NCBI GenBank assembly: GCA_965214705.1
Contig: OZ243972.1
Coordinates: 2,144,001 to 2,208,000 of the forward strand
Source: Alphaproteobacteria bacterium
GTDB taxonomy: Bacteria > Pseudomonadota > Alphaproteobacteria > UBA828
DNA: 64,000 nucleotides
Reading direction: 5' to 3'
How positions within the stretch are numbered: position 1 is the stretch's first letter; every line of letters begins with the position of its first letter. The notes under the pieces were generated by a model. That model searched no databases. It was given only the letters and a program-made list of their open reading frames with translations, and was not told the origin of the DNA. Shown piece by piece: positions 20,460 to 28,613 of this stretch. The translations under genes were made by a program, and so were the position numbers.

Positions 20460-21071
20460 TCACAAGGCGAGCCACTTCTCCCGCGCGGGCCATGCGTCCA
20501 CCATGGCGCGAAGCGCCGGGTCCAGGTCAGGCTTGGTTTCGGCTTCCCGCGCGAGCTCGCCCGGCTCGGCGTTGAACGCCAGGTAGGAAAGATCGGTCAT
20601 CCGCATGGGGTAGAGGATGCCGTCCAGGTGATCGCACTCGTGCTGCAGGATCATCGCGTGCCAGTCCTCGACGATTCGACGTTGGCTCTCACCCTCCAGC
20701 GTCTGGTAGACGATCTCGACCCGCTTGTGACGCGGCACTTTGCCGTGGAGGCCCGGCAGCGAGAGGCAGCGCTCCCAGATCAGGCCTACCTCGTCGCCGA
20801 GCGGCGTGATGACGGGGTTGACCATCACCGTCCACGGCAGGGGCTCGAGCGCGACACCCGGCGGAATGCGCTCGGCCAGGATGCGGTAAACCACCACACG
20901 CCGGCTGTCGTAGACCTGGGGCGCCGCAATTCCGGCGCCGCCGATCCACTCCAGCGTGTCGCGCATGTCCGTCGCGAGACGGGCGATGTCAGGATCCGTC
21001 GGGTCTTCGACCGGGGCGGCCTTCTTGCGCAGAACGGGGTGCCCCATCTTTGCGATCTGACGAACGGCCAT
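20460..21071 (-). CDS. def: peptide deformylase
   Basis: GIAAPQV, ERCLS, QHECDHLDG. Confidence 0.9.
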   Translation of the reverse strand: MAVRQIAKMGHPVLRKKAAPVEDPTDPDIARLATDMRDTLEWIGGAGIAAPQVYDSRRVVVYRILAERIPPGVALEPLPWTVMVNPVITPLGDEVGLIWERCLSLPGLHGKVPRHKRVEIVYQTLEGESQRRIVEDWHAMILQHECDHLDGILYPMRMTDLSYLAFNAEPGELAREAETKPDLDPALRAMVDAWPAREKWLAL

Positions 21072-21233
21072 CATTCACCTCTCCGGTTTTCCATCGGTCC
21101 ATGATCGGCTTCACGTCAGCGGCTGTCACGTTTCGGATTCCGCGACATCCGCCGCCGCGGCGAGGCCGCTGGCCATCTGTAGGCGGCGGACTCAAGGGTC
21201 CGACATGGGCGCGTAGAAGCTCCCGCCGGCGCC

Positions 21234-21482
21234 TTCGACGCGAACGGTCCGAAGCGCCCGTTCGCGCAGAACCGCGGGGCGGGCGACCACGCGGTCTACG
21301 ATTTGGGGGCGCCCGAGCGCTCGGTCTTCATCCAGAGCACGGGGCGATCCGGCAACCCGCGCTCGTCCTACTATGAGGACTACGCCGAGCACCGGCGCGA
21401 CGGGGAGTACCTGCCCATGCTCACCGACCGGACGCGGCTGGAGGACGACGCCCTGGGGACGCTGGTGCTGCAGCTGCGGTGA
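21234..21482 (+). pseudogene. 3' remnant of a penicillin acylase-family gene
   Basis: Frame not in the ORF track: PFAQNRGAGDHAVYDLGAPERSVFIQSTGRSGNPRSSYYEDYAEHRRDGEYLPM...LQLR*; no start codon found. Confidence 0.65.
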
Positions 21483-21588
21483 GGGGGTAGGGTCGCGCGA
21501 AACATGTCTCGAACCGCTTGGTCATGCATGCGGTTGAGGAGTAGTATGCACGACACTTGGCTGCGGCCACCAGAGAACAGGAAGTCAA

Positions 21589-21813
21589 ATGCCGCGTAAG
21601 GGCCAGCACGTTGTTCCGCGAGACGGAAAATGGGCGGTGCGCAAGACCGGCGCAAATCGCGTGACGCGTAGTTTCGAGACTCAACGCGAGGCGATCGAGG
21701 CCGCACGGGATATCGCTCGAAATCAGAGAACGGAATTGTACATTCACGGTCGGGATGGTCGGATTCGTGAGCGGGATTCCTATGGGAAAGATCCATTTCC
21801 TCCCAAGGGGTAA
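21589..21813 (+). CDS. DUF2188 family protein
   Basis: HVVPRDGKWAV...TQREAI...ELYIHGRDGRIRERDSYGKDPFPPKG. Confidence 0.9.
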   Translation: MPRKGQHVVPRDGKWAVRKTGANRVTRSFETQREAIEAARDIARNQRTELYIHGRDGRIRERDSYGKDPFPPKG

Positions 21814-21821
21814 CCACGGAT

Positions 21822-22454
21822 TTGGTCGATCCAAACTTCGACAAGAATGTCTTTGTTAACTGCCCTTTTGACAGAGAGTACAAGCATATCCTTCAGGCTA
21901 TCCTGTTTTGTCTCGTTCGATGTGGATTGAGGCCGCGTATTGCAAGCGAACGTAGCGACGCTGGTGAGTCGCGGATTGAGAAGATTCTTGAGCTGATTGA
22001 ATCATCGCGCTACTCGATACACGACCTTAGCAGGTGTCAGGCGCGCGAAGCGGGAGAGCACTACCGGCTCAATATGCCCCTTGAGCTTGGGATGGACTTC
22101 GCATGCCGGCACTACGGCGGACCGCCGTTCTCGAGCAAAAAGATACTGATCCTCGAGGAAGAGCCCTACCGCTATCAGGCAGCAATTTCGGATCTGGCAG
22201 GCAGCGATATTGAGGCACATGGTGGCGATTATCAGACCGCCGTTAGAAAGGTAAGGAACTGGCTCGCAGGGCTCAACGGTTGTCGGCCCGTCGGAGCTGC
22301 CCGAATTTTGGCAGAATATGAAGATTTCCAGGAGTGGTATTTCGAGCGGCAGCTCGATGCCGGTTTTTCTGAGGACGACATTCAGGATTATTCCACCCCG
22401 GAATTGCTCTCCGCGATGGTTCAATGGGTTGGCGAAGGTAGTCCTAGGACATGA
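21822..22454 (+). CDS. nucleoside deoxyribosyltransferase/TIR-like hypothetical protein
   Basis: VFVNCPFD, RIEKILELIESSRYSIHDLS, NMPLELG (Ndt/TIR-like catalytic Glu position); lower GC. Confidence 0.55.
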   Translation: MVDPNFDKNVFVNCPFDREYKHILQAILFCLVRCGLRPRIASERSDAGESRIEKILELIESSRYSIHDLSRCQAREAGEHYRLNMPLELGMDFACRHYGGPPFSSKKILILEEEPYRYQAAISDLAGSDIEAHGGDYQTAVRKVRNWLAGLNGCRPVGAARILAEYEDFQEWYFERQLDAGFSEDDIQDYSTPELLSAMVQWVGEGSPRT

Positions 22455-22966
22455 GCGGGGTTGCTCGGTAGCGAGAAGGGACTGTCAAACAGTAATCCTA
22501 ACAAGCGCTGTTAGACCGTTGTTTTGGGAAGTAGTAGCGAGGTTGTAGCCGCACTTTCAGGGCCCACGTCCAAGCTGTCCAGATCACCTCGTCCCATGGA
22601 CGGTACAGGGCGAAGGCAACACACTCTGATACCGCTGGCCGTCAATATCTGCGCTCCTCCTGGATCGTCGCCAACGAGTGGTCCTATGGTGCCCACTTGA
22701 CGTGACGGCGGCTCTCGATGATGTGGGCGGCGACCTCCTGAGCGCGTTCGCTGTCGTGGGGTGTGGGGACGAGACCTGCGACGGGCTTTCCGTGGCGCGT
22801 GGTGGTCAGACTCTCGCCGCGCGCGGCGCAGTCACGCCATCCGGGCCAGAAGGCCCGGTAGGGGGAAAGGGGACGCGGGCGACTTCAAAATCCGCGCGCG
22901 GGACTCTTCGTGCTCGCTCGCCTCCTAATTACCGCGCTCAGGACCCATCGGGCGCGAGCGACCCGC

Positions 22967-23418
22967 ACCATGGTGCGGTGCACGGGGCGGGCGGGTCGGG
23001 GCAGGCTGCGCGGATGCATCGCGCAGACCATCACCCGGTCGACAAATCCGCGCTCGCGCTCGTCATGCACCGCATCGAAGGCGCCGGCAAGAGCGGTGCG
23101 GAGCGCGAGCGCGTCGCCGCCCGCATGGATGCCGGGCGAAACAAGACGCCAGAGGGCGGCGGAGGGTTGCCGCCCGAGGACGTCGCCATCATCCGCGCCG
23201 AGGTCGAGGGCGACTGGCACGGCTGGACCCCGGAGACACACGACGAAGGCGCGCACCGGCTCGATATCGACAGCCATCCGATGCGCCGCTCCGGTCCGCC
23301 ATGAGCCACCTTGGGCCGCTTGCCTGGACCACCTTGGGCCACCTTGGGCCGCTTTGGGTCGGAGTGGGCCGGAATAGGCCGCCTTAAAATACTCTTCCGA
23401 AATTTACCGGGATTCTTC
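22967..23418 (+). repeat. dispersed repeat copy 2 (internally deleted DUF3486 allele)
   Basis: Matches copy 1 except for loss of the segment equivalent to 8404-8777; keeps the 3' part of the gene (23053-23304) and the tandem array. Confidence 0.9.
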
Positions 23419-23445
23419 CGTCCAGGCGTTCGGACACGCTCCGGC

Positions 23446-23685
23446 TCACACGTACCCGTGGTCCGTGAACCATCGCGCGGACCGTTCCAGCGCTCCGGCG
23501 GCGGAACTTTGGGGGAGCCCCAGCTCCGAGATCGCCTTCGTGCAATCAACCGCCATCCTGTGCCGTGCGAGCCGCGCACCCTCCAGCGGCAAGTACGGCT
23601 GCCGGCGCAGGATCACGCCCTCCAGCAGTGCCCGCACGAGGTTGCCGCCCACGAAACCTGTCGCGCCGGTCACCAAAGCCCTCAT
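23446..23685 (-). pseudogene. HpnA-like NAD-dependent epimerase with a large in-frame internal deletion
   Basis: N-terminal ALVTGATGFVGGNLVRALL fused directly to C-terminal KAISELG...ARWFTDHGYV (79 aa). Confidence 0.7.
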
Positions 23686-23688
23686 CGG

Positions 23689-24126
23689 TCAGGCGCGGCG
23701 GAGCGCGACGACGGGAATCTGGCGGTGGGTGCTGGCGCGGTAAGTGGCGAAGCGTGGATTCGCCGCAACCACCTTGTCGTACAGCGCGGTGCGTTCCTGT
23801 CCCTGGGCGACGTGGGCCCCGGCGGCGAAGCGTTCGCCACTGGTCTCGACGGAAACGTTAGGGTCGGCGGCGATGTTCAAGTACCACGCCGGATGACGGT
23901 CCCGGCCGTAGTTCGAAGCGACGACGATGAGGTCGTCGGACTCTTCGAATCGGAAGTACAGCAAGGGCGACGAGCGTGGCTCACCGCTCTTGCGTCCCTT
24001 GGTGACGAGAATGAGGACTCCCGTGCCTTCCAGGCGGCCCAGGACGCGGCCGCCCGAGAGGCGGAACAGGAACCGGTGCACCGGAACGAAGAGCCACGCG
24101 ATGAGGAGGCGTTTCCAGGTCGGCAT
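23689..24126 (-). CDS. deazaflavin (F420)-dependent nitroreductase family protein (Ddn-like)
   Basis: GRKSGEPR, VVASNYG, HPAWYLNI, RQIPVVAL. Confidence 0.88.
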   Translation of the reverse strand: MPTWKRLLIAWLFVPVHRFLFRLSGGRVLGRLEGTGVLILVTKGRKSGEPRSSPLLYFRFEESDDLIVVASNYGRDRHPAWYLNIAADPNVSVETSGERFAAGAHVAQGQERTALYDKVVAANPRFATYRASTHRQIPVVALRRA

Positions 24127-24175
24127 TGCCGGCTCCTTCGAGCTGGGTCATGCGAGCCGCAGGCTGAGGCGCGCC

Positions 24176-25072
24176 TTAGTACTGCGGTGTGCGGTTCCAG
24201 GGCTCGGGCGCGACGGGGCCGGGGTCGGTCACGAGGAAGGGCGTGACCTGGCTGCGTGCGGGCTCGGGCCAGCCATCGGGGCGAAGCGTGCGGCCGGGGG
24301 CGGCGTCCGTGTCGATCTCCTCGCGCCGGTAGAGCCTCCAGATGCGGGCCCTGAGCGAGGCCGGCAGCGCCTCGTAGTCCGGGTGCCACCAGAGCGTGAT
24401 GTTGGTGCGCTCGCGGCCCGAGCGGTTGGGGTGGGCGCCGTGGATCAGCCGCGCGTCGACCACGACGACATCGCCCGCCGTCACCGGCACGTCGACCTCG
24501 TCCGGGTGCGGGGCGAAGGCGGCGTTCTCGGGGTTCTGCACCTCGGCCAGCGTCGGGTCGTGGGCGTCGACCAGGTCGTGCAGCGGATGCGGCCTTCGAT
24601 GGGAGCCGGGGATCAGACGCAGGCAGCCGTTCTCCCGCGTCGTGTCAGTCATGTAGAGGAAGAGTGCCAACTGGGCGATGCGCTCCTCCCGCGAGATCGG
24701 ATGCTGCCAGCCCCACCAGTCCTGATGCCAGAAGAGCGCGGGCCCGCCCGCAGGCTTGCTGATGACGTAGCCGGAGGAGAAGCGCGTGCCAGGCAAGCCG
24801 AGGCGCTCGAACATCTCCTGAAAGCCGGGGTGCGCGATGAGCGATGCGAAGGCGGGGTGGTCCGCGACCGGGACGAGGCTCCCCTGGGAGCGCCACTGTG
24901 CGCGGTGATCGGCGCCGACGGTGCCGAGCGCGGACTCCGCCGCCGCCTTGGTCACCCGTAGCGCAGCCGGGTCCAGCACGCCCGGCACGTGACAGAAGCC
25001 GTCGGCCTCAAGCCCGCGCCGCGCCGCCGCGCCATCCCACGCGGCCGGGCGCGGGCGGGCGGTGTCGTTCAC
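24176..25072 (-). CDS. phytanoyl-CoA dioxygenase family protein
   Basis: WHQD, ENGCLRLIPGSH, HGAHPN; probable GTG start. Confidence 0.85.
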   Translation of the reverse strand: MNDTARPRPAAWDGAAARRGLEADGFCHVPGVLDPAALRVTKAAAESALGTVGADHRAQWRSQGSLVPVADHPAFASLIAHPGFQEMFERLGLPGTRFSSGYVISKPAGGPALFWHQDWWGWQHPISREERIAQLALFLYMTDTTRENGCLRLIPGSHRRPHPLHDLVDAHDPTLAEVQNPENAAFAPHPDEVDVPVTAGDVVVVDARLIHGAHPNRSGRERTNITLWWHPDYEALPASLRARIWRLYRREEIDTDAAPGRTLRPDGWPEPARSQVTPFLVTDPGPVAPEPWNRTPQY

Positions 25073-25073
25073 G

Positions 25074-26246
25074 CTATCGGCCAGCCGCAAGCTCGCGCTC
25101 GACCAGCGTCGCCCAGTAGCTCGCGCCGATGGGCAGGATCTCGTCGTTGAAGTCGTAGCCGGGGTTGTGGAGGAAGCAGCCGCCGGGGCCGAGCCCGTTG
25201 CCGATCCAGATGTAGCTGCCGGGCCGGGCATGGAGCATGTACGCGAAGTCCTCGGAGCCCATGCAGGGGGCGAGGTCGCGGTGCACCCGCTCCGCGCCGA
25301 CCACGGCCTGGGCCGCCGCTTCGGCCCGCGCGGTCTCGTCCGCCGTGTTGACCGTGGCGGGAAAGCGGCCTTCCACGTTCACCGTGGCGCGGGTGCCGAG
25401 CGCCGCGGCCGTGCCCTCCGCAATGCGCTGGATGTTGGCGGCGATCAGGTCCCGCACCTCGGGCTTGAAGGTGCGGACGGTGCCGGCGAGCTCGACCGCC
25501 TGCGGGATGACGTTGAAGGCGTCGCCGCCGTGGATCATGGTCACGCTGACGACGCCCGCCTCCAGCGGGTCCACGTTGCGGGCCACGATGGACTGCAGGC
25601 CGGTGACGATCTGCGCTGCCGCCACCACGGCATCGTGGCCGAGGTGGGGCATGGCGCCGTGGGCGCCGGTGCCCTCCACCGTGATGGTGAACTCGTCGCA
25701 GGCCGCCATCATCGGCCCGGTGCGGACGGCGATCTCGCCCGGCGGCAGGCCCGGCCAGTTGTGCATGCCGTAGACGGCGGTGGCCGGGAAGCGCTCGAAC
25801 AGCCCGTCCTTCACCATCGCCTCGCCGCCGCCGAGCCCTTCCTCGGCAGGCTGGAACACGAAGTAGACCGTGCCGGCGAAGTTGCGGGTTTCGGCGAGGT
25901 AGCGCGCCGCGCCCAGCAGCATGGTCGTGTGCCCGTCATGGCCGCAGGCGTGCATGGCGCCGTCGTTGACCGACCGATGGGCGACGTCGTTCCCCTCCAG
26001 GATGGGGAGCGCGTCCATGTCGGCGCGGAGCGCGATGGCGCCGTCGCCCGGCGCGCCTTCGAGGATGCCGACCACGCCGGTTTTCGCGAGCCCCCGGTGC
26101 ACCTGGATGCCGAAGGATTCGAGCTTCTCGGCCACGACGGCGGCGGTGCGCTCCTCCTGGAAACCCAGTTCAGGGTGGGCGTGGATGTCGCGCCGCCACG
26201 CGGTCATGTCGTCGTGGATCGCGGCGATGCGGTTGATGACAGGCAT
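25074..26246 (-). CDS. M20D amidohydrolase (hippurate hydrolase-like)
   Basis: HAHPELGFQE, LRADMDAL, HACGHDGH, QPAEEG, GSEDF. Confidence 0.93.
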   Translation of the reverse strand: MPVINRIAAIHDDMTAWRRDIHAHPELGFQEERTAAVVAEKLESFGIQVHRGLAKTGVVGILEGAPGDGAIALRADMDALPILEGNDVAHRSVNDGAMHACGHDGHTTMLLGAARYLAETRNFAGTVYFVFQPAEEGLGGGEAMVKDGLFERFPATAVYGMHNWPGLPPGEIAVRTGPMMAACDEFTITVEGTGAHGAMPHLGHDAVVAAAQIVTGLQSIVARNVDPLEAGVVSVTMIHGGDAFNVIPQAVELAGTVRTFKPEVRDLIAANIQRIAEGTAAALGTRATVNVEGRFPATVNTADETARAEAAAQAVVGAERVHRDLAPCMGSEDFAYMLHARPGSYIWIGNGLGPGGCFLHNPGYDFNDEILPIGASYWATLVERELAAGR

Positions 26247-26351
26247 GGCGGCTGGCTCCCCGTTTCGGATGGTCAGGCTCGGAACGGAAGGCGGCCCGCC
26301 GGCACGCGCCGACGAGCCGCCCGACCGTGCTCCGGCAGCAGTCTGCGGCCG

Positions 26352-27719
26352 CTATTCGGCGGCCTCGGCCGGGACCGGGCGGTTCATGCCGATCTCGGCG
26401 ATCCGCTCCTGGGTGTAGACCTGGTGCCACATCTCGTAGGAGAACTCGGAGCGGAGGCGCTGGGCCTTCGGGTTGATGGCGAGGTTCACGGTCTCGCCGC
26501 CGAGGACGATCTCGCGGATGCGGCTCCGGTCCTGCAGCTGGGTGACGTCGGCCAGCGGGTCGCCGTCGAAGACCAGGATGTCGGCGAGCCGGCCCTGCTC
26601 CAGCGCGCCCACCTGGCCTTCCTCCCGCACGAAGGTGCCGTTGTTGACCGTGGCGCAGCGGAGCGCGTCTGCCGGCGAGATGCCGAGGTAGGTCACCATG
26701 TGCTCCAGCTCGCGGGCATGCCACTCGCCGTAGGGCGTCACCGCGAAGCCGGAATCGGTGCCGGAGAGGAAGGTGACGCCCGCATCCCTGGCCTTCACCA
26801 GCGAGCGCTGGGCGGCCTCGATCTCGCGCTTGTGCGCATCCGGGAAGCCCGGATAGCAGCCGTCCCCCGGCCGGGTGAAGTCGATGTCGTTTACCACGAG
26901 GCTGAAGGTCGGGCAGATCATGCAGTCGTTCTCGACGACCGCCTCCAGGCCCTCGTCGTCCATCCAGGCGGCGTGGAGGATCACGTCGACGCCGGCGCGG
27001 GCGGAATAGAGCACGGCCTCGGCGCCGCGTGCGTGCACCACCACTTTCTTGCCGAGCCGGTGGGCCTCCGCGACCATCGCCGTGGTCTCTTCCTGGTTGT
27101 AGCCGGCCACGAGGACGCTGGTCATGGGGTTCATCGAATCGCCGTCCATGGCGATCTTGATGAAGTCCACGCCGTCCTTGGCCATGGTACGGATTTCCGC
27201 GATCCCCTCGGCGGCGTCGCGGGCGAGCACGCCGATAGAGGTCTCGGGCACGCCGATCCAGGTCGGGTACCAGTCGGAGAGCCCCTGGCGGTTGGTGATC
27301 TGGCGCCCGGAGCAGGTGATGCGGGGGCCCGTAAAGAGGCCCGCGTCGATGGCGTCGCGGATGGAGGGCGTCACCCGGCCGCTGGTGGTGGGGTCGGCCA
27401 TCGAGGTGAAGCCGGCGGCGAGCACCCGCTGGGCCGCCTCCAGCCCACGCAGCGCGCGGAACTCGACCGGCGCGTAGAGGTCGATGTCCTCTTCGGTCTT
27501 GGCGTTGCCGTAGGAGAGGTGGACGTGGACGTCGATCAGCCCCGGCAGCACGAAGTGGCCAGAGTGGTCCACCACCTCGTCTTCCGGTGCCACCACGGGC
27601 GCGCCTTCGCTCGGCCCGACATAGGCGATGCGCTCGCCCTCGATCACCACAGTCTGGTCGCGCTCGGCGCCGTCGCCGAGGCCGGTGAACAGCTGTCCGC
27701 ATCGAATGTGTCTACGCAT
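26352..27719 (-). CDS. metal-dependent amidohydrolase (prolidase-like)
   Basis: PGLIDVHVH, VVVHA, GTDSG, GRLADI. Confidence 0.88.
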   Translation of the reverse strand: MRRHIRCGQLFTGLGDGAERDQTVVIEGERIAYVGPSEGAPVVAPEDEVVDHSGHFVLPGLIDVHVHLSYGNAKTEEDIDLYAPVEFRALRGLEAAQRVLAAGFTSMADPTTSGRVTPSIRDAIDAGLFTGPRITCSGRQITNRQGLSDWYPTWIGVPETSIGVLARDAAEGIAEIRTMAKDGVDFIKIAMDGDSMNPMTSVLVAGYNQEETTAMVAEAHRLGKKVVVHARGAEAVLYSARAGVDVILHAAWMDDEGLEAVVENDCMICPTFSLVVNDIDFTRPGDGCYPGFPDAHKREIEAAQRSLVKARDAGVTFLSGTDSGFAVTPYGEWHARELEHMVTYLGISPADALRCATVNNGTFVREEGQVGALEQGRLADILVFDGDPLADVTQLQDRSRIREIVLGGETVNLAINPKAQRLRSEFSYEMWHQVYTQERIAEIGMNRPVPAEAAE

Positions 27720-27758
27720 CGCTCGCTCCATCGTCTTACCGGCGCGTGTCGTTCAGCC

Positions 27759-28571
27759 TCAGCCGAACAGCATCTGCGCCGCGGCCAGCAGTTTATCAGG
27801 ATGTTCCAGAGCCGGCGAATGACCGCACTCCGCGATCACGAAGGTGTCCGCCTTGTGGAGGTGGCGGGCGAGCACCCGCGTGTTCTCCTCGCAGGGGAAG
27901 GGCCGGTCGTCGCGGCCGTGGAGCATCATCACCCGGCAGGAGAGCGCGGAGAGCCGATCGGGCGGCAGCACCGCCTCGTCGATGTAGCGCTGCTTGTCGC
28001 CCGCAAACATGCTGCGGAAGTAGGGGCCGTATTCGCCGTCGTGGAGGATCGCCATGCGGGCGTCGAGGAAGGTGTCGGTGATGACCGAGGGGTCGTGGAC
28101 CAGGATCTCCGCCGCCTCGCGCAGCTCCTCGCGGGTCTCGGGGAAGCGCCAGCAGATCTCGGTCTCGCGGTTGGCGAGCGCGGGCGCGCCCATGGCGCCG
28201 GTGGTCATCACCTTGGTGACGCGCGGATTGTCCATGGCGAGCCCGAGCGCGAGACTGCCGGAGAGCGAATGGCCGATCACGCCGGCCTCGCCTGCGGGGA
28301 GCAGGTCAAGCACCGCCTGGGCCTGGCGCCGCCAGAGCGGCAGGTCGAAATAGGGCTCCTCGGCCTTGCGGCCGGAGGCGCCGAAGCCGATCAGGTCGGT
28401 GGCGACGATGCGGTAGCGCGCCGCCAGCGGCCCCAGCACCAGGCGCCAATTACCGATGGTGCCGGCGCCGGGGCCGGAGCCGTGCAGCATCAGGATGGGG
28501 AAGCCCTCGCCCCCTTCCCAGAGATGGACCCGGTGCCCTTCGACGGTGATGTCGCGCTCGGCCAGTGCCAT
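27759..28571 (-). CDS. alpha/beta hydrolase, meta-cleavage-product hydrolase-like
   Basis: LHGSGPG, GHSLSG, CGH. Confidence 0.85.
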   Translation of the reverse strand: MALAERDITVEGHRVHLWEGGEGFPILMLHGSGPGAGTIGNWRLVLGPLAARYRIVATDLIGFGASGRKAEEPYFDLPLWRRQAQAVLDLLPAGEAGVIGHSLSGSLALGLAMDNPRVTKVMTTGAMGAPALANRETEICWRFPETREELREAAEILVHDPSVITDTFLDARMAILHDGEYGPYFRSMFAGDKQRYIDEAVLPPDRLSALSCRVMMLHGRDDRPFPCEENTRVLARHLHKADTFVIAECGHSPALEHPDKLLAAAQMLFG

Positions 28572-28613
28572 GTCGTCTCCTCAGTGCTGCGTGGGGGGCT
28601 CGCCGCGCGCGGG

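Noticed and set aside
22678-23304. 208-aa ORF as an intact gene
   Set aside because: Only the last ~83 codons are DUF3486-derived; the rest reads through non-coding arm and flank
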